From: Eledone cirrhosa
Lineage: Eukaryota
NCBI GenBank assembly: GCA_964016885.1
Contig: OZ024742.1
Span: 306,280,001 to 306,344,000 of the forward strand
Direction of reading: 5' to 3'
DNA: 64,000 nucleotides
The position numbers were made by a program, and so were the translations under genes. This document shows positions 16,615 to 28,881 of this stretch, piece by piece. Below the pieces are notes generated by a model, which ran no database searches, was not told where the DNA came from, and saw nothing but the letters and a program-made list of their open reading frames with translations. The stretch's first letter is position 1, and every line of letters starts with the position of its first letter.

Positions 16615-18530
16615 GTCAGACTTGAACCGGCACCACCCCTAGCAATTAACATCAGTAACACACCTTACACCTCACATCCACACCCACCTCTATACTCTAA
16701 AGATAATACTGACAGCATTTTAGTACCACCTACCCTGGGAATACCCCCTTGTACCTCTAATTCTGATATCTCGACCCTGGTCTACTTATTCTGCATTGCA
16801 CAAATATAAGATTAGTATAAACTGGGGACACGGTACTGGTTGCGATAACATAATCCTGTGCATGGATTCCCACCAAGAGATAGATTGTTGATTAGACAGA
16901 TAATCGTATTGTTATGTGAATATATACTGTAAACGATCAGTTCAATGAATTATGCACGGGAGATGCATGAGTTAGGAGCATATATGTTGCCTGCAGACCT
17001 GACCGGCACCTTTTGACGAAAGAACCGGCCACCGGACCACCCAGGTGAACTTACCGGCGATGCAGTCATACTACGACCTGAATCTCGCCGAGAGTCATGT
17101 ATGATAATAAGACCATTACTGATAGTGAGACCCATGTAGTTAATTATGTAGTCTGACTCTTCTTATGGATTGGCCGGGTGTGGCACCCCATGTTGGATTG
17201 TAGTCATCATGATACGAACTACTTTAGTGCTTGTTACTGGACTCCACTCTAACTTGTGGATGGGATACCTGATCTATATGTGGGACGTGGGTTTATGTGT
17301 TGCTTGGTGGCCAGACAGGCGCCCTGGTATGAGAGATTTAATCTCCAGATTGTAATCATCTTGATGTGAACTCCTTTAGTACCTATTAATAGACTCCACT
17401 CTGGCTTGTAGATGTGATACTTAATTGATTTATATATGAGACGGGGGTTGTCTATTGCTTGATGACCAGACTAGTGCCTTTATATGAGAAATTGGATCTC
17501 CGGACCATACCGAAGATTTACTGGAGATTCAGACATGCAATGACCCGGAGCCTACCGGGTGGCATATATAATAGCGGGACCATACCAGGTCCTACTGTTG
17601 TATTACATTTGCATGGAACAGTGACTTGAGAGTCTGACTCCTCTTATAGAACGTTCAGATATGACACCCCTTAATGGATGGTAATCATCCTAATATATAC
17701 ACCCTTGTACTTCTTAATGGACAACTCTCTAACCTATAAATGGGTAACATACTCTAGAAATTAGTTATAACTTCATATGATAGGCACGTATTTGAATCAC
17801 CATTAATGTAGTTTAGGATAGTAATTTAACTAAGATAACTAGCTAGTTACCTCCCCTTACGCATTAATTCCCCTTAGTCATTCAGACACTTCCGGAATCT
17901 GGACAGCATGACCTATTAATTAAGAACCGACTGGATACGGTTTATAGCTTGATTATATGCTGAACCACCGCGAATTATACGATAGACAAGTGTTCTCTAT
18001 ATATATTGCGTCTCATGGATTATGTGAGTGGTGGTGTGAGCGAAGACAGTGGTACGGCTTTGCCTACGATACAATAAGGTTTATAGTATGTGGAAAGTTT
18101 TTGATATTTTGGTGTTTCCCTGCATCCGTGACTATATATCATACAGATGTATGAGAATAAATGACTTAATAATCCAGCCCACGTAATAAGATCGATTGCC
18201 TGCTTCAACTGCCTGACCCTGCAAATATCATTCTGACGCACTCTAATCATGTATAAATAAGACACGCGTGCATGCTACACGTGAGACTGTTTCATACACT
18301 GACTACTCTAAACTTTCCTCTTGCTTTATCTTCATAGACTGCCAACGCTTCATGTTTATCTTTATTTTCATTCTTGTTTTTATTTTATTTTTATCCTGTA
18401 ACATTTATTTGTAAATTGCCATGCTATACCATTTGATGAATGTCACCCCACTGTTGATCAACATGCGCATATGTTTTATGTGTCTCTTGGGTTGAAAAGG
18501 AGGTCGAGTATGTTATAGATCAGTAAATAG

Positions 18531-18579
18531 TTGCTCCGAAGAATCCAAACCTCGGTTTGGAGGAAACAATTGTAAGCAA
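18531..18579 (+). ncRNA. Hammerhead ribozyme in 3' pLTR (U4C variant CCGAAGA)
   Basis: ttgct-CCGAAGA-a-tccaaac ctcg gtttgga-g-GAAA-caattg-TA-agcaa. Confidence 0.8.
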
Positions 18580-18902
18580 ATAAATGACTTAAACTGAACT
18601 TTGATTATTGTAATCTCTATATAACTGCTCTGTAAAACAACTGATGTTATTACATTGAGCTATTTATCTTACTGGTAATAGGATAGTAATTAATGACTAT
18701 CTTTCACTATTTAGGGTTTGTGTATATATAATATATTACCATTAAAGGTTTTATTGCATACATAACCATAAATAGTACCCTTAATACTATATATATATAT
18801 ATATTGCTCAAGGAAACAGCACATCACCCGGTCCGAGAATAGAACTCAGAAACTTTCGATTGCAAGCCCAATGCTCTAGCCACTAAGCCATGCGCCTTAA
18901 CA

Positions 18903-19048
<146 letters not shown>

Positions 19049-19270
19049 AAGGCGCATGGCTTAGTGGTTAGAGCATTGGGCTTGCAATCGAAAGTTTCTG
19101 AGTTCTATTCTCGGACCGGGTGATGTGCTGTTTCCTTGAGCAAGACACTTTATTTCACGTTGCTCCAGTTTACTCAACTGTAGAAATGAGTACCGGACTG
19201 CCCGCCCACCCAGTGGGATGGCATTATCTTATGGCTAAAACAGCACGACGTGCTGTAACCAGCGGCGCTG
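19049..19270 (+). mobile_element. tRNA-derived SINE (family B); its first ~100 bp are duplicated inverted at 18804-18900
   Basis: ggcgcatggcttagtggttagagc A-box, B-box-like gagttctattctc, ccttgagcaagacacttt..tgctccagtttactcaactg core; 3' end uncertain. Confidence 0.75.
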
Positions 19271-19397
19271 ATTGGCGCCCGACAGACTGGTCGGTCATGG
19301 TGGTCAAGGTGATATATATAATTTCAGCAATGGTCGAAAACAAAGCGAAACGCAATATACCAGTTATATATATATATACATACATATATGTACATAC

Positions 19398-19440
<43 letters not shown>

Positions 19441-19520
19441 AGTATATGTGCATCTAAATGTATAAATACATACATACATTATTTTATATACGGAAGCGGC
19501 GATTATTATTACCTACACAC

Positions 19521-19621
19521 AGGTTAACTTTGCCTTTCATCCTTACGCGGTCGATAAAATAAAGTACCAGTAATGTACTGGGTAATTTGCTGGCCTTGTG
19601 CCAAAAGTAGAAACAATTATT
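19521..19621 (+). mobile_element. 5'-truncated SINE family A
   Basis: Core and tail match 1823-1920. Confidence 0.85.
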
Positions 19622-20158
19622 ACCTATACACCAGGTGACGTAGATGGTTCAAAATAAGGAGACTCACTGGCACCACCTTTATGTCCACTGATTCATTCCC
19701 TGTGATTCTAAAGTCAAACGTACTCGCTTTAATGTTCCTACCAATCAAGAGAATACTGATCGATAAACAATGGTGAGTAGCTGTTATTTGCTATATAATT
19801 CTTCTTCATCTTAACCACTTATACAACCACCACCATCACCACCACTATAATCATGAACACTACCGACATACTATCGTAACCGTTCCATCCAATATAACCA
19901 ATTGTTGCACCACAATTAATTCTACCACTTTCCTACGTATACATACGCCAATATATATATACATACATGAACATCATTTTCTTTTTTCGTTACTTCTTTT
20001 TTCTGTCGTCAGTTATTGGAGAACGGAAATAGGGAGAGAAAAAAAAAAACTTATTCAAAGTATAATGCACACACAAGCACATTTCCCTCCCTTTCTTTCT
20101 CTCACTCTCTCTCTCTCTCTCGCTCTCTCGCTCTCCCTCTCTCTTTCTCTCTCTCCCC

Positions 20159-20229
<71 letters not shown>

Positions 20230-21360
20230 TAAATTTAGTCCTTCATCAATGATCTTCCAGCCTTCATTGGTATTTCATCCCTTTAAAGACCATATCCCTC
20301 CGGTTGGTGCGAGCAACGGCTAAAGAAAGTCGTTGGGACACGTAAATAATGGGAACGAGCGAGACTGTAAACAATCAAAGATGGTAATGCAACGAAAAGT
20401 GAGGAAGAAGGAGTCAAGTCCAAGAAATCGATGAATATAAGTTCTGTGAAATCGTGGACGAGAGAGAATAAAGTCCATACATATATATATATATGAAAAA
20501 ATGGGGAGAAGATAACTGCAGGTTGCACATGGATAACATGTTATAAAATGAGTCCCTCATCAGTGATTTGCCAACGATCATAGATATTTCATTGCATAAA
20601 AATCATATACCTTACGTTGGTGCAATAATAACTAAATTAAGTTATTAGCACAATTAAAACGCGTAAAGTGAGTGAGACAAGTAAACAACAAAGAGGAAAG
20701 CTAACGGTAGATAGGAAGGGCACAAGCTACATAGTTATTCTGTCAGCATAAGCTGGGTGAATATATGAGCGCGTAAACAAAAAGACCTTTCGAGATGAAT
20801 CCAAATGTAAGAAAGAAGGAAATTGTTTTCGTCGCGAACGGGGTGAAGTGAGAAGGGGAGAAACAGTGAGTGAGTGAGTGGAAGTGTGAGGAAGAGGTCA
20901 GTAGAGAGAAAGTGTTAACTGACATGACAGAGGGGCGAAAGAAAGTAAGAGAAACAGAGAGAACGAGGGAGCAGTAAGAGAGAGAGAGAGAAAAACAGAA
21001 TCGCAGTTAAGGTAAATATATGTGAAAAAATGGGGAGAAGATAACTGCAGGTTGCACATGGATAACATGTTATAAAATGAGTCCCTCATCAGTGATTTGC
21101 CAACGATCATAGATATTTCATTGCATTAAATATCATATACCTCACGTTGGTGCAATAATAACTAAATTAAGTTATTAGGACAATTAAAACGCGTAAAGCG
21201 AGTGAGACAAGTAAACAACAAAGAGGAAAGCTAACCGTAGATAGGAAGGGCACAAGCTACATAGTTATTCTGTCAGCATAAGCTGGGTGAATATATGAGC
21301 GCGTAAAAAAAAGACCTTTCGAGATGAATCCAAATGTAAGAAAGAAGGAAATTGTTTTCG

Positions 21361-21362
<2 letters not shown>
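20230..21362. repeat. ~529-bp tandem repeat family (20495-21023 plus partial 21024-21362, diverged partial 20230-20480), between (TA)n tracts
   Basis: gaaaaaatggggagaagataactgcagg recurs at 20495 and 21024; homologous to 44182-44817. Confidence 0.85.
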
Positions 21363-21448
<86 letters not shown>

Positions 21449-21579
21449 AAGAGTAGGACCCCGACGGCTGAGCTCAAGCCGTTTCGACGGCTAATTCTGG
21501 ACTAAAATCATATATGATATATAAAATCATATATATATATATTTATATATATATAAGAAATACATTCTACAGTCTAGAA

Positions 21580-22067
21580 TAGGCATAGGCAACTTTTTTC
21601 GAGAAGCGGGCCGCATGCGATATGGCTCATCATCCAGGCGAGCCGCAAGCGCTCATTTACATTCGTGTCCACATTAAAAAAAAGGGACGTAACTTAGGTT
21701 GTTTTGATTTGTTTCTTCAGTATTCGTACACGTTAATTTCCTCGATCGTAAACATGATAGAAAGATAAATTATGACTGAAGAGTCGGGGTAAACAAGTCA
21801 GAAAGATTTCCCTTTCATTTAATCGTAGATATTCTGATATGTGAATTAGCGCCAAAAAATCTTTCCCCAGAGAAAAGAATTATTATGAACGTTTGTTTTT
21901 GAAACAAAACATGTCAATATTTCGACTGATGTAGATCGACTCTGAGGCACGTTGAAAAGTATACGGATGTCTGACGATGGAGAATATTTTTCTTTTCTGA
22001 CTTATGCGGGCTATTCAGAAAGCTTCGGGGCGCATGCGGCCCGCTGGCCTTAGGTTGCCCATGCTAG
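21580..22067. mobile_element. Non-autonomous hAT (Charlie/Buster-like) DNA transposon
   Basis: 8-bp TSD GTCTAGAA at 21572-21579 and 22068-22075; imperfect TIRs gcataggcaac/gttgcccatgc; subterminal gcgggccgcatgcg/cgcatgcggcccgc. Confidence 0.85.
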
Positions 22068-22325
22068 GTCTAGAACTTTCATTCGTAAAAAAAAAGTACC
22101 AGGAAGAATACACAAGAGACACTGCAACTTTCAAGTTTCGAATTCCAGTTTCCTCCTCAATCCGCACTTGCTGTCATGTTATCAGGTGTTTACGTAAGAT
22201 GGGTATGTATAAAAGATAATTAGTAAACGTAATTCATAGTGTTGGTTTATATTGGTTTTGTATGGAAAAATATATAGACAGAGAACGAAGGAGATGGAAT
22301 TATAAAGGATGGGTGAGGATTTATT

Positions 22326-22434
22326 CTTATGATTGGCTTACATGAGGGTTGATTGGTTTCTTCATATCTTAATAAATTTCGAAATTTATTAAGATATGAA
22401 GAAACCAATCAACACTCATGTAAGCCAATGATAA

Positions 22435-22435
<1 letters not shown>
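22326..22435. repeat. 110-bp near-perfect palindrome centred on TTTC|GAAA, next to (TA)n
   Basis: Arms match except 2 positions; no spacer. Confidence 0.9.
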
Positions 22436-22470
<35 letters not shown>

Positions 22471-22472
<2 letters not shown>

Positions 22473-22662
22473 CGAAGGAGTTGAGGTAAGGAACTAGATG
22501 GACCATAACGCACCAGAGTATTCAATACTTAGGGTAGTAGAGTGTGTAATAGGAAAATATATGACCCTGACGGCAGAGCTCAATCCGTTTCGACGGCTAT
22601 TTCTGGAGGCCAGAAATAGCCGTCGAAACGGCTTGAGCTCTGCCGTCGGGATCATACATTTT

Positions 22663-22666
<4 letters not shown>
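22471..22666. mobile_element. PLE-like terminus folded back on itself (palindrome 22549-22666) carrying the 3' half of a hammerhead
   Basis: gccgtc-GAAA-cggc ttgagctct gccg-TC-gggat; other copies at 21455-21500, 29957-30092, 59340-59447; (TA)n on both sides. Confidence 0.65.
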
Positions 22667-22735
<69 letters not shown>

Positions 22736-23982
22736 GAATAGTAGAAAGGAAAAAGATTCTTTCAGTAGAAAATGTTGAAGATATTTTTTTATGAGAGATA
22801 TGTAAACATTAATTTATTTACAATACCGGTTTCAGCATTAAATGCATTAAATACGTTTAGTGCATTGTCAATTGCGATACGCAGAATGTTGTTAAGTTGC
22901 ATATTTGTACAAATAGGGATAATAGTAATAATAATGATGAAGGCAATGAAAATAAAAAGGGGCAGAAAAAAAATGAATTAATTTTCACATGCATGTTCTT
23001 TCAGAGAAGTCATTTCTCTGTGTCTGTCCTACTATATAGGACAGACCAAAACAGCTTCCGACAACGTATGACGGTCGATAGATTCCAAATCAAAATACGG
23101 GAATACAGAAAGATAGCCCTGAGTGAAAACATCGCGACCTGCGCATCTAATGAACAACACAATTTTAGAATTTTTCCCATCTACAAATTTAAAGACAACG
23201 CTTCCTACATCCAGCGCATTAGCAAGGAATCACAATTTATCGCCAAATACAAACCCCTTCTAAATGCTTCCACTTCGGACGAAACTAAAGCTGGCACACT
23301 TTAAAGTTAACACCCTAGACAAATTAACACTATAGCAATGTATCCTCCTCCAACTATATAATGCAGACCAATCAACCACATAGAAACACCCAAATCAGCT
23401 AACCCTGGAGAACTTCCACGAAGAAAATCGGATAAATGGAAGCATTCAGTTGTCAAACTAAATGCTTTACATCCCCCTGAATCTGGAAGTATCTGCTGAA
23501 GATAGAATGGGCATTCCAATGGCTCTGAACCCCCTTTTGTGACAACATTTTCTCCATTCCCCTAAATCTGTAATTCCTACTAGGGATAGAATTAGTACCT
23601 CAATAACTCTTAATCTTCTTTGTTGCAAATAAACAAGGTCAATGTTGATGATTTCTTCTAAGAAAAAATGCCAAGATAGATATTTTTAGAAGCAATCAAC
23701 CCCTAAAGCCAATCAACTCTAAGGTCACCCGGCCTTTCAAACCAATCCCAGCTGTAACTTGTATCCACTACTCAAAGGGCTACACTCAGAAGCCCGCCAA
23801 CACCCGCTTCCCTCCTCTCTCGCCCCCTTCTACCCTCTCCATCTACCTGTCACAACCAAGCTAGAAGCAGGGTAAGACAGACACAGAGAAATGACTTCTC
23901 TGAAAGAACATGTATGTGAAAATTAATTAATTTGTCCTCCTTTTTATTTTATTTTCATTGCCTTCATCATTATTATTACTAT

Positions 23983-24178
23983 TAAGGGCGGTGGATTGGC
24001 AGTATCGGTAGAGGGTCGGACGCCATGCTTTCAGCATAGTTACGTCCCTTTACGATCTGAGTTCAAATCCCGCCGAGGTTGACTTTGCCTTTCATCCTTA
24101 CGGGGTCGATAAAATAAAGTACCAGTAATGCACTGGGTAATTGCTGGCCTTGTGCCTAAAGTAGAAACAATTATTATT
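23983..24178 (+). mobile_element. Full-length SINE family A with TSD
   Basis: TSD ttattattactatta on both sides; absent from the mirror pLTR arm. Confidence 0.9.
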
Positions 24179-24229
24179 ACTATTATCCCTATTTGTACAA
24201 ATATGCAACTTAATAATATTCTGCGTATC

Positions 24230-24278
24230 TGCAATTGACAATGCACTAAACGTATTTAATGCTGAAACCGGTATTGTA
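24230..24278 (+). ncRNA. Hammerhead ribozyme with U3-A8 compensatory core (UUGACAA); mirror at ~22819-22875 (-)
   Basis: tgcaa-TTGACAA-tgca..tgct-GAAA-ccgg-TA-ttgta; palindromic stem III ACCGGT. Confidence 0.75.
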
Positions 24279-24287
24279 AATAAATTA

Positions 24288-24476
24288 ATTGTTTCTACTT
24301 TAGGCACAAGGCCAGCAATTACCCAGTGTATTACTGGTACTTTATTTTATCGACCCCGTAAGGATGAAATGCAAAGTCAACCTCGGCGGGATTTGAACTC
24401 AGATCGTAAAGGGACGTAACTATGCTAGAAAGCATGGCGTCCGACACTCTACCGATACTGCCAATCCACCGCCCTT
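24288..24476 (-). mobile_element. Full-length SINE family A with TSD
   Basis: TSD ttgtaaataaattaat at 24274-24289 and 24475-24490. Confidence 0.9.
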
Positions 24477-24604
24477 GTAAATAAATTAATGTTTTCATAT
24501 CTCTCTGAAAAAAATCTCTTCAACACTTTCTACTGAAAAAATATTTTTCCTTTCCACTATTTCTTTATATATATATCAACTTGTGTGTTACTTTTCTACA
24601 TTCG

Positions 24605-24686
<82 letters not shown>

Positions 24687-25402
24687 TGTAATATTTGCCT
24701 TAAATTATTTCAATGTTTACCTTATGGTCTTTGATTAAATTCACAAATCATATGGTTGTTTATTTACTTCTTGATCGTATTTAGCTCTTACTAAAATTTA
24801 AAGGGATAGGTTATAAATAGGGATTAAAGTGTTTACGTACCAGGCTGCTTGCAAAACCAATAATGAAATAACTAATACAATTTATACGTAAATATAGAGC
24901 TGAAGGAATTTCGTTCGTTTGTATTCAGTCACGTGGAATTCATACTACGCCTACTTTACAGGATCATGCATATAAACAATTGCTTGCTACATTTTTTCCT
25001 CCATTGGTGTATTTTACCTGATTTTCGAAGCTATTATTTATAGCAATCAACTGTGGTTACAGCTAGTTTCTCTGTTTAGGATTGATTCCTACTGGCCCTA
25101 AAATAGAATTCGATAATTTGTATAGAATTTTTTTTTCTTTTAATAAATTTCTTCATCATAACAAGCTAATTCAAACTGAAGTTGTCAGAGGTCCCTTAAC
25201 TTAATTGTTAGAGCATGAAGTCGGAATTTGAAGGATGCGGGTTTCGATTCTCCACAGCGGCTGCTAGCTCACTTTTTTCCGTCTGTTTATTTACCCGATT
25301 ACCTATGTTAGGATTCGAATGTTTACAGCAATTTTCTACGTTTAGAATTCTGATATTTTCTATAACAGAACTTCATAATTTACACGGCGCCTTCAATTGT
25401 TT

Positions 25403-25444
<42 letters not shown>

Positions 25445-27563
25445 GTGAAGACAAACATAGAATATTCGAAAATATTCTGTATGTTTATAATAAACATTTT
25501 GAAGACCTAATCGCTATAGAATAGAATACGTCACGTATTACAATTTGAGATTCTCGATAAAAGCAAGGGAAGTAACCTACGCGTTTCATTCTTATTAGAA
25601 ATCATCAGGATTACATATCCAATGCTTTTATCGAGAATGACACAGCTAGAGACTTATAGAATACTTAGCTGTGTACAGGAACTGGTTTGAAAGAGCGGTA
25701 GCCGGTCCGGCAGAAATTAGAATTTGGATTTAATGCTCTGAAATAGCGATATATATGTGAAGACAAACATAGAATATTCGAAAATATTCTGTATGTTTAT
25801 AATAAACATTTTGAAGACCTAATCGCTATAGAATAGAATACGTCACGTATTACAATTTGAGATTCTCGATAAAAGCAAGGGAAGTAACCTACGCGTTTCA
25901 TTCTTATTAGAAATCATCAGGATTACATATCCAATGCTTTTATCGAGAATGACACAGCTAGAGAATTATAGAATACTTAGCTGTGTACAGGAACTGGTTT
26001 GAAAGAGCGGTAGCCGGTCCGGCAGAAATTAGAATTTGGATTTAATGCTCTGAAATAGCGATATATATGTGAATTAGAATTTGGATTTAATGCTCTGAAA
26101 TAGCGATATATATGTGAAGACAAACATAGAATATTCGAAAATATTCTGTATGTTTATAATAAACATTTTGAAGACCTAATCGCTATAGAATAGAATACGT
26201 CACGTATTACAATTTGAGATTCTCGATAAAAGCAAGTGAAGTAACCTACGCGTATTTTCGAATATTCTATGTTTGTCTTCACATATATATCGCTATTTCA
26301 GAGCATTAAATCCAAATTCTAATTTCTGCCGGACCGGCTACCGCTCTTTCAAACCAGTTCCTGTACACAGCTAAGTATTCTATAAGTCTCTAGCTGTGTC
26401 ATTCTCGATAAAAGCATTGGATATGTAATGCTGATGATTTCTAATAAGAATGAAACGCGTAGGTTACTTCCCTTGCTTTTATCGAGAATCTCAAATTGTA
26501 ATACGTGACGTATTCTATTCTATAGCGATTAGGTCTTCAAAATGTTTATTATAAACATATAGAATATTTTCGAATATTCTATGTTTGTCTTCACATATAT
26601 ATCGCTATTTCAGAGCATTAAATCCAAATTCTAATTTCTGCCGGACCGGCTACCGCTCTTTCAAACCAGTTCCTGTACACAGCTAAGTATTCTATAAGTC
26701 TCTAGCTGTGTCATTCTCGATAAAAGCATTGGATATGTAATCCTGATGATTTCTAATAAGAATGAAACGCGTAGGTTACTTCCCTTGCTTTTATCGAGAA
26801 TCTCAAATTGTAATACGTGACGTATTCTATTCTATAGCGATTAGGTCTTCAAAATGTTTTTTATAAACATACAGAATATTTTCGAATATTCTATGTTTGT
26901 CTTCACATATATATCGCTATTTCAGAGCATTAAATCCAAATTCTAATTTCTGCCGGACCGGCTACCGCTCTTTCAAACCAGTTCCTGTACACAGCTAAGT
27001 ATTCTATAAGTCTCTAGCTGTGTCATTCTCGATAAAAGCATTGGATATGTAATCCTGATGATTTCTAATAAGAATGAAACGCGTAGGTTACTTCCCTTGC
27101 TTTTATCGAGAATCTCAAATTGTAATACGTGACGTATTCTATTCTATAGCGATTAGGTCTTCAAAATGTTTTTTATAAACATACAGAATATTTTCGAATA
27201 TTCTATGTTTGTCTTCACATATATATCGCTATTTCAGAGCATTAAATCCAAATTCTAATTTCTGCCGGACCGGCTACCGCTCTTTCAAACCAGTTCCTGT
27301 ACACAGCTAAGTATTCTATAAGTCTCTAGCTGTGTCATTCTCGATAAAAGCATTGGATATGTAATCCTGATGATTTCTAATAAGAATGAAACGCGTAGGT
27401 TACTTCCCTTGCTTTTATCGAGAATCTCAAATTGTAATACGTGACGTATTCTATTCTATAGCGATTAGGTCTTCAAAATGTTTATTATAAACATACAGAA
27501 TATTTTCGAATATTCTATGTTTGTCTTCACATATATATCGCTATTTCAGAGCATTAAATCCAA
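25445..27563. repeat. Palindromic tandem array of a 312-bp hammerhead-containing unit (retrozyme / non-autonomous PLE-like): ~2.6 units on - (25445-26253), ~4.2 units on + (26254-27563)
   Basis: CTGATGA at 26431, 26743, 27055, 27367 (period 312); TCATCAG at 25602 and 25914; units nearly identical; (TA)n on both flanks. Confidence 0.92.
26737..26779 (+). ncRNA. Canonical minimal type I hammerhead (representative of 6 copies in the array)
   Basis: gtaatc-CTGATGA-t ttct aata agaa t-GAAA-cgcg-TA-ggttac; stem I extended by ttctcgataaaagca/tgcttttatcgagaa. Confidence 0.88.
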
Positions 27564-28008
27564 ATATATATATATATATATAAGTATTTGTACAGGTGTG
27601 TCAGTTTAAGTACCACTTTGTGCCAGTATGTAGTTCTAGGTAGATGGGAGAGACAGAGAATGAGGGGAGTCTGGTGAAGGACTAGATACATTGAGACAAA
27701 GAGGGTGAGAGAAACAAGAAAGAGGAAGAGTAGAGCATATGCTATATGTTCTACAAAACTGAGTCTCCAAATATAAGTACATAGTTTTGTCTTCCTGTGT
27801 TGTATATAATCCCTTTCGTTCATATCTAGTGACCACTTAATTCAGTCGGAAAAGATTTCTTTTCCCACAGATATCAAACTCTACTCTGTCTTAAGGTAAA
27901 CACAGTGAAGTACTACAAGAAGTAATAAGTTATGCAAGACAATGTGTGTGAGATAAATTGAGTAAAAGAAAGATATGAGAAGAGTCAGATAGGGAGATAT
28001 ACCTATCC

Positions 28009-28083
<75 letters not shown>

Positions 28084-28881
28084 GGACTGTGGATTGGGAG
28101 AGAGAAAGGGAGATGGGCAGAGATTGTAAGAAAGGAATTTAGGAAGCAAAAAGATTAGAGTAGATATGAAGATATAGAAGAATGTGAAGGTATGGGAGAA
28201 AGTTGGAGAACGAGCGAACGTGAAAGCACAATTCGGTATAATAAACATAGAGGGAGCGGTGGTTGTGAATTAGAACGAGAGAATTTTAAAGTAATATGAA
28301 GAATGTATTAAAGAACAAATATTCGTGGAGAGGATAAAAGAGTGATATGTGAAATTTAAGTAGAGAAAGAGCGGAATAATAACAATTTAGATTGAGAGAG
28401 GGACAAATAAAATTGAGAGCGAAATAGAATGGATAGGAGAGTGGGATATCAAATGTGAAGAATGTAAGAAGTGATGGCTTAAACAAAATTGGGAAACAAA
28501 TATTTGAGAAAGGGAGAGAATAAGAGAGATAAAAGAAAGACAAAAGAGAAGTTGAAATAAATATTCACACATTTTTTAAATGTAATTTCTGCTCTAATTG
28601 ATGTTGGTGTTGCTGTTGATTTTTTGTTGTTGTTGGTGGTGGACTTGATGATGATTTTGGTTGTTTTGGGCCATACATCAGACATAATGAAGGGTTTTAA
28701 CGTGTGATAATTCGCCTATATTTTCAAGAAAAAATATTTACCAGTATAACTTCCGCTTCGTTTCAAAGATGGCAGAGAGGTGATTAAGGGAGACTTATTT
28801 GTTATTTCTGTCAGGCAGGCATGTCCGTGTAGAGGCTCCTTTTATGATTGTGGATGTGTTCGTGTTCTTATATATATATAT

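Larger units (their letters stand above)
13975..18618 (+). mobile_element. Penelope-like retroelement (Hydra-clade-like), 5'-truncated with inverted 5' pLTR (13975-14116) and 3' pLTR (18476-18618)
   Basis: ~140 bp inverted terminal repeats each with an HHR; RT-EN ORF inside; flanked by (TA)n/(GA)n. Confidence 0.9.
22732..24570 (+). mobile_element. 5'-truncated PLE: inverted pLTR (22732-23033), GIY-YIG C-terminal remnant (~23050-23270), 3' UTR, 3' pLTR (23873-24570) interrupted by two SINEs
   Basis: FRIFPIYKF..QRISKESQFIAKYKPLLN resembles PLE EN C-terminus; ~300 bp inverted repeat with HHR; both ends at (TA)n. Confidence 0.8.

Noticed and set aside
25205-25262. tRNA-like A/B boxes (also the SINE heads)
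   Set aside because: No cloverleaf; decayed SINE head
25445-27563. Array as CRISPR or plain satellite
   Set aside because: No unique spacers, eukaryotic context; the HHR in each unit and the inverted arm fit a retrozyme better
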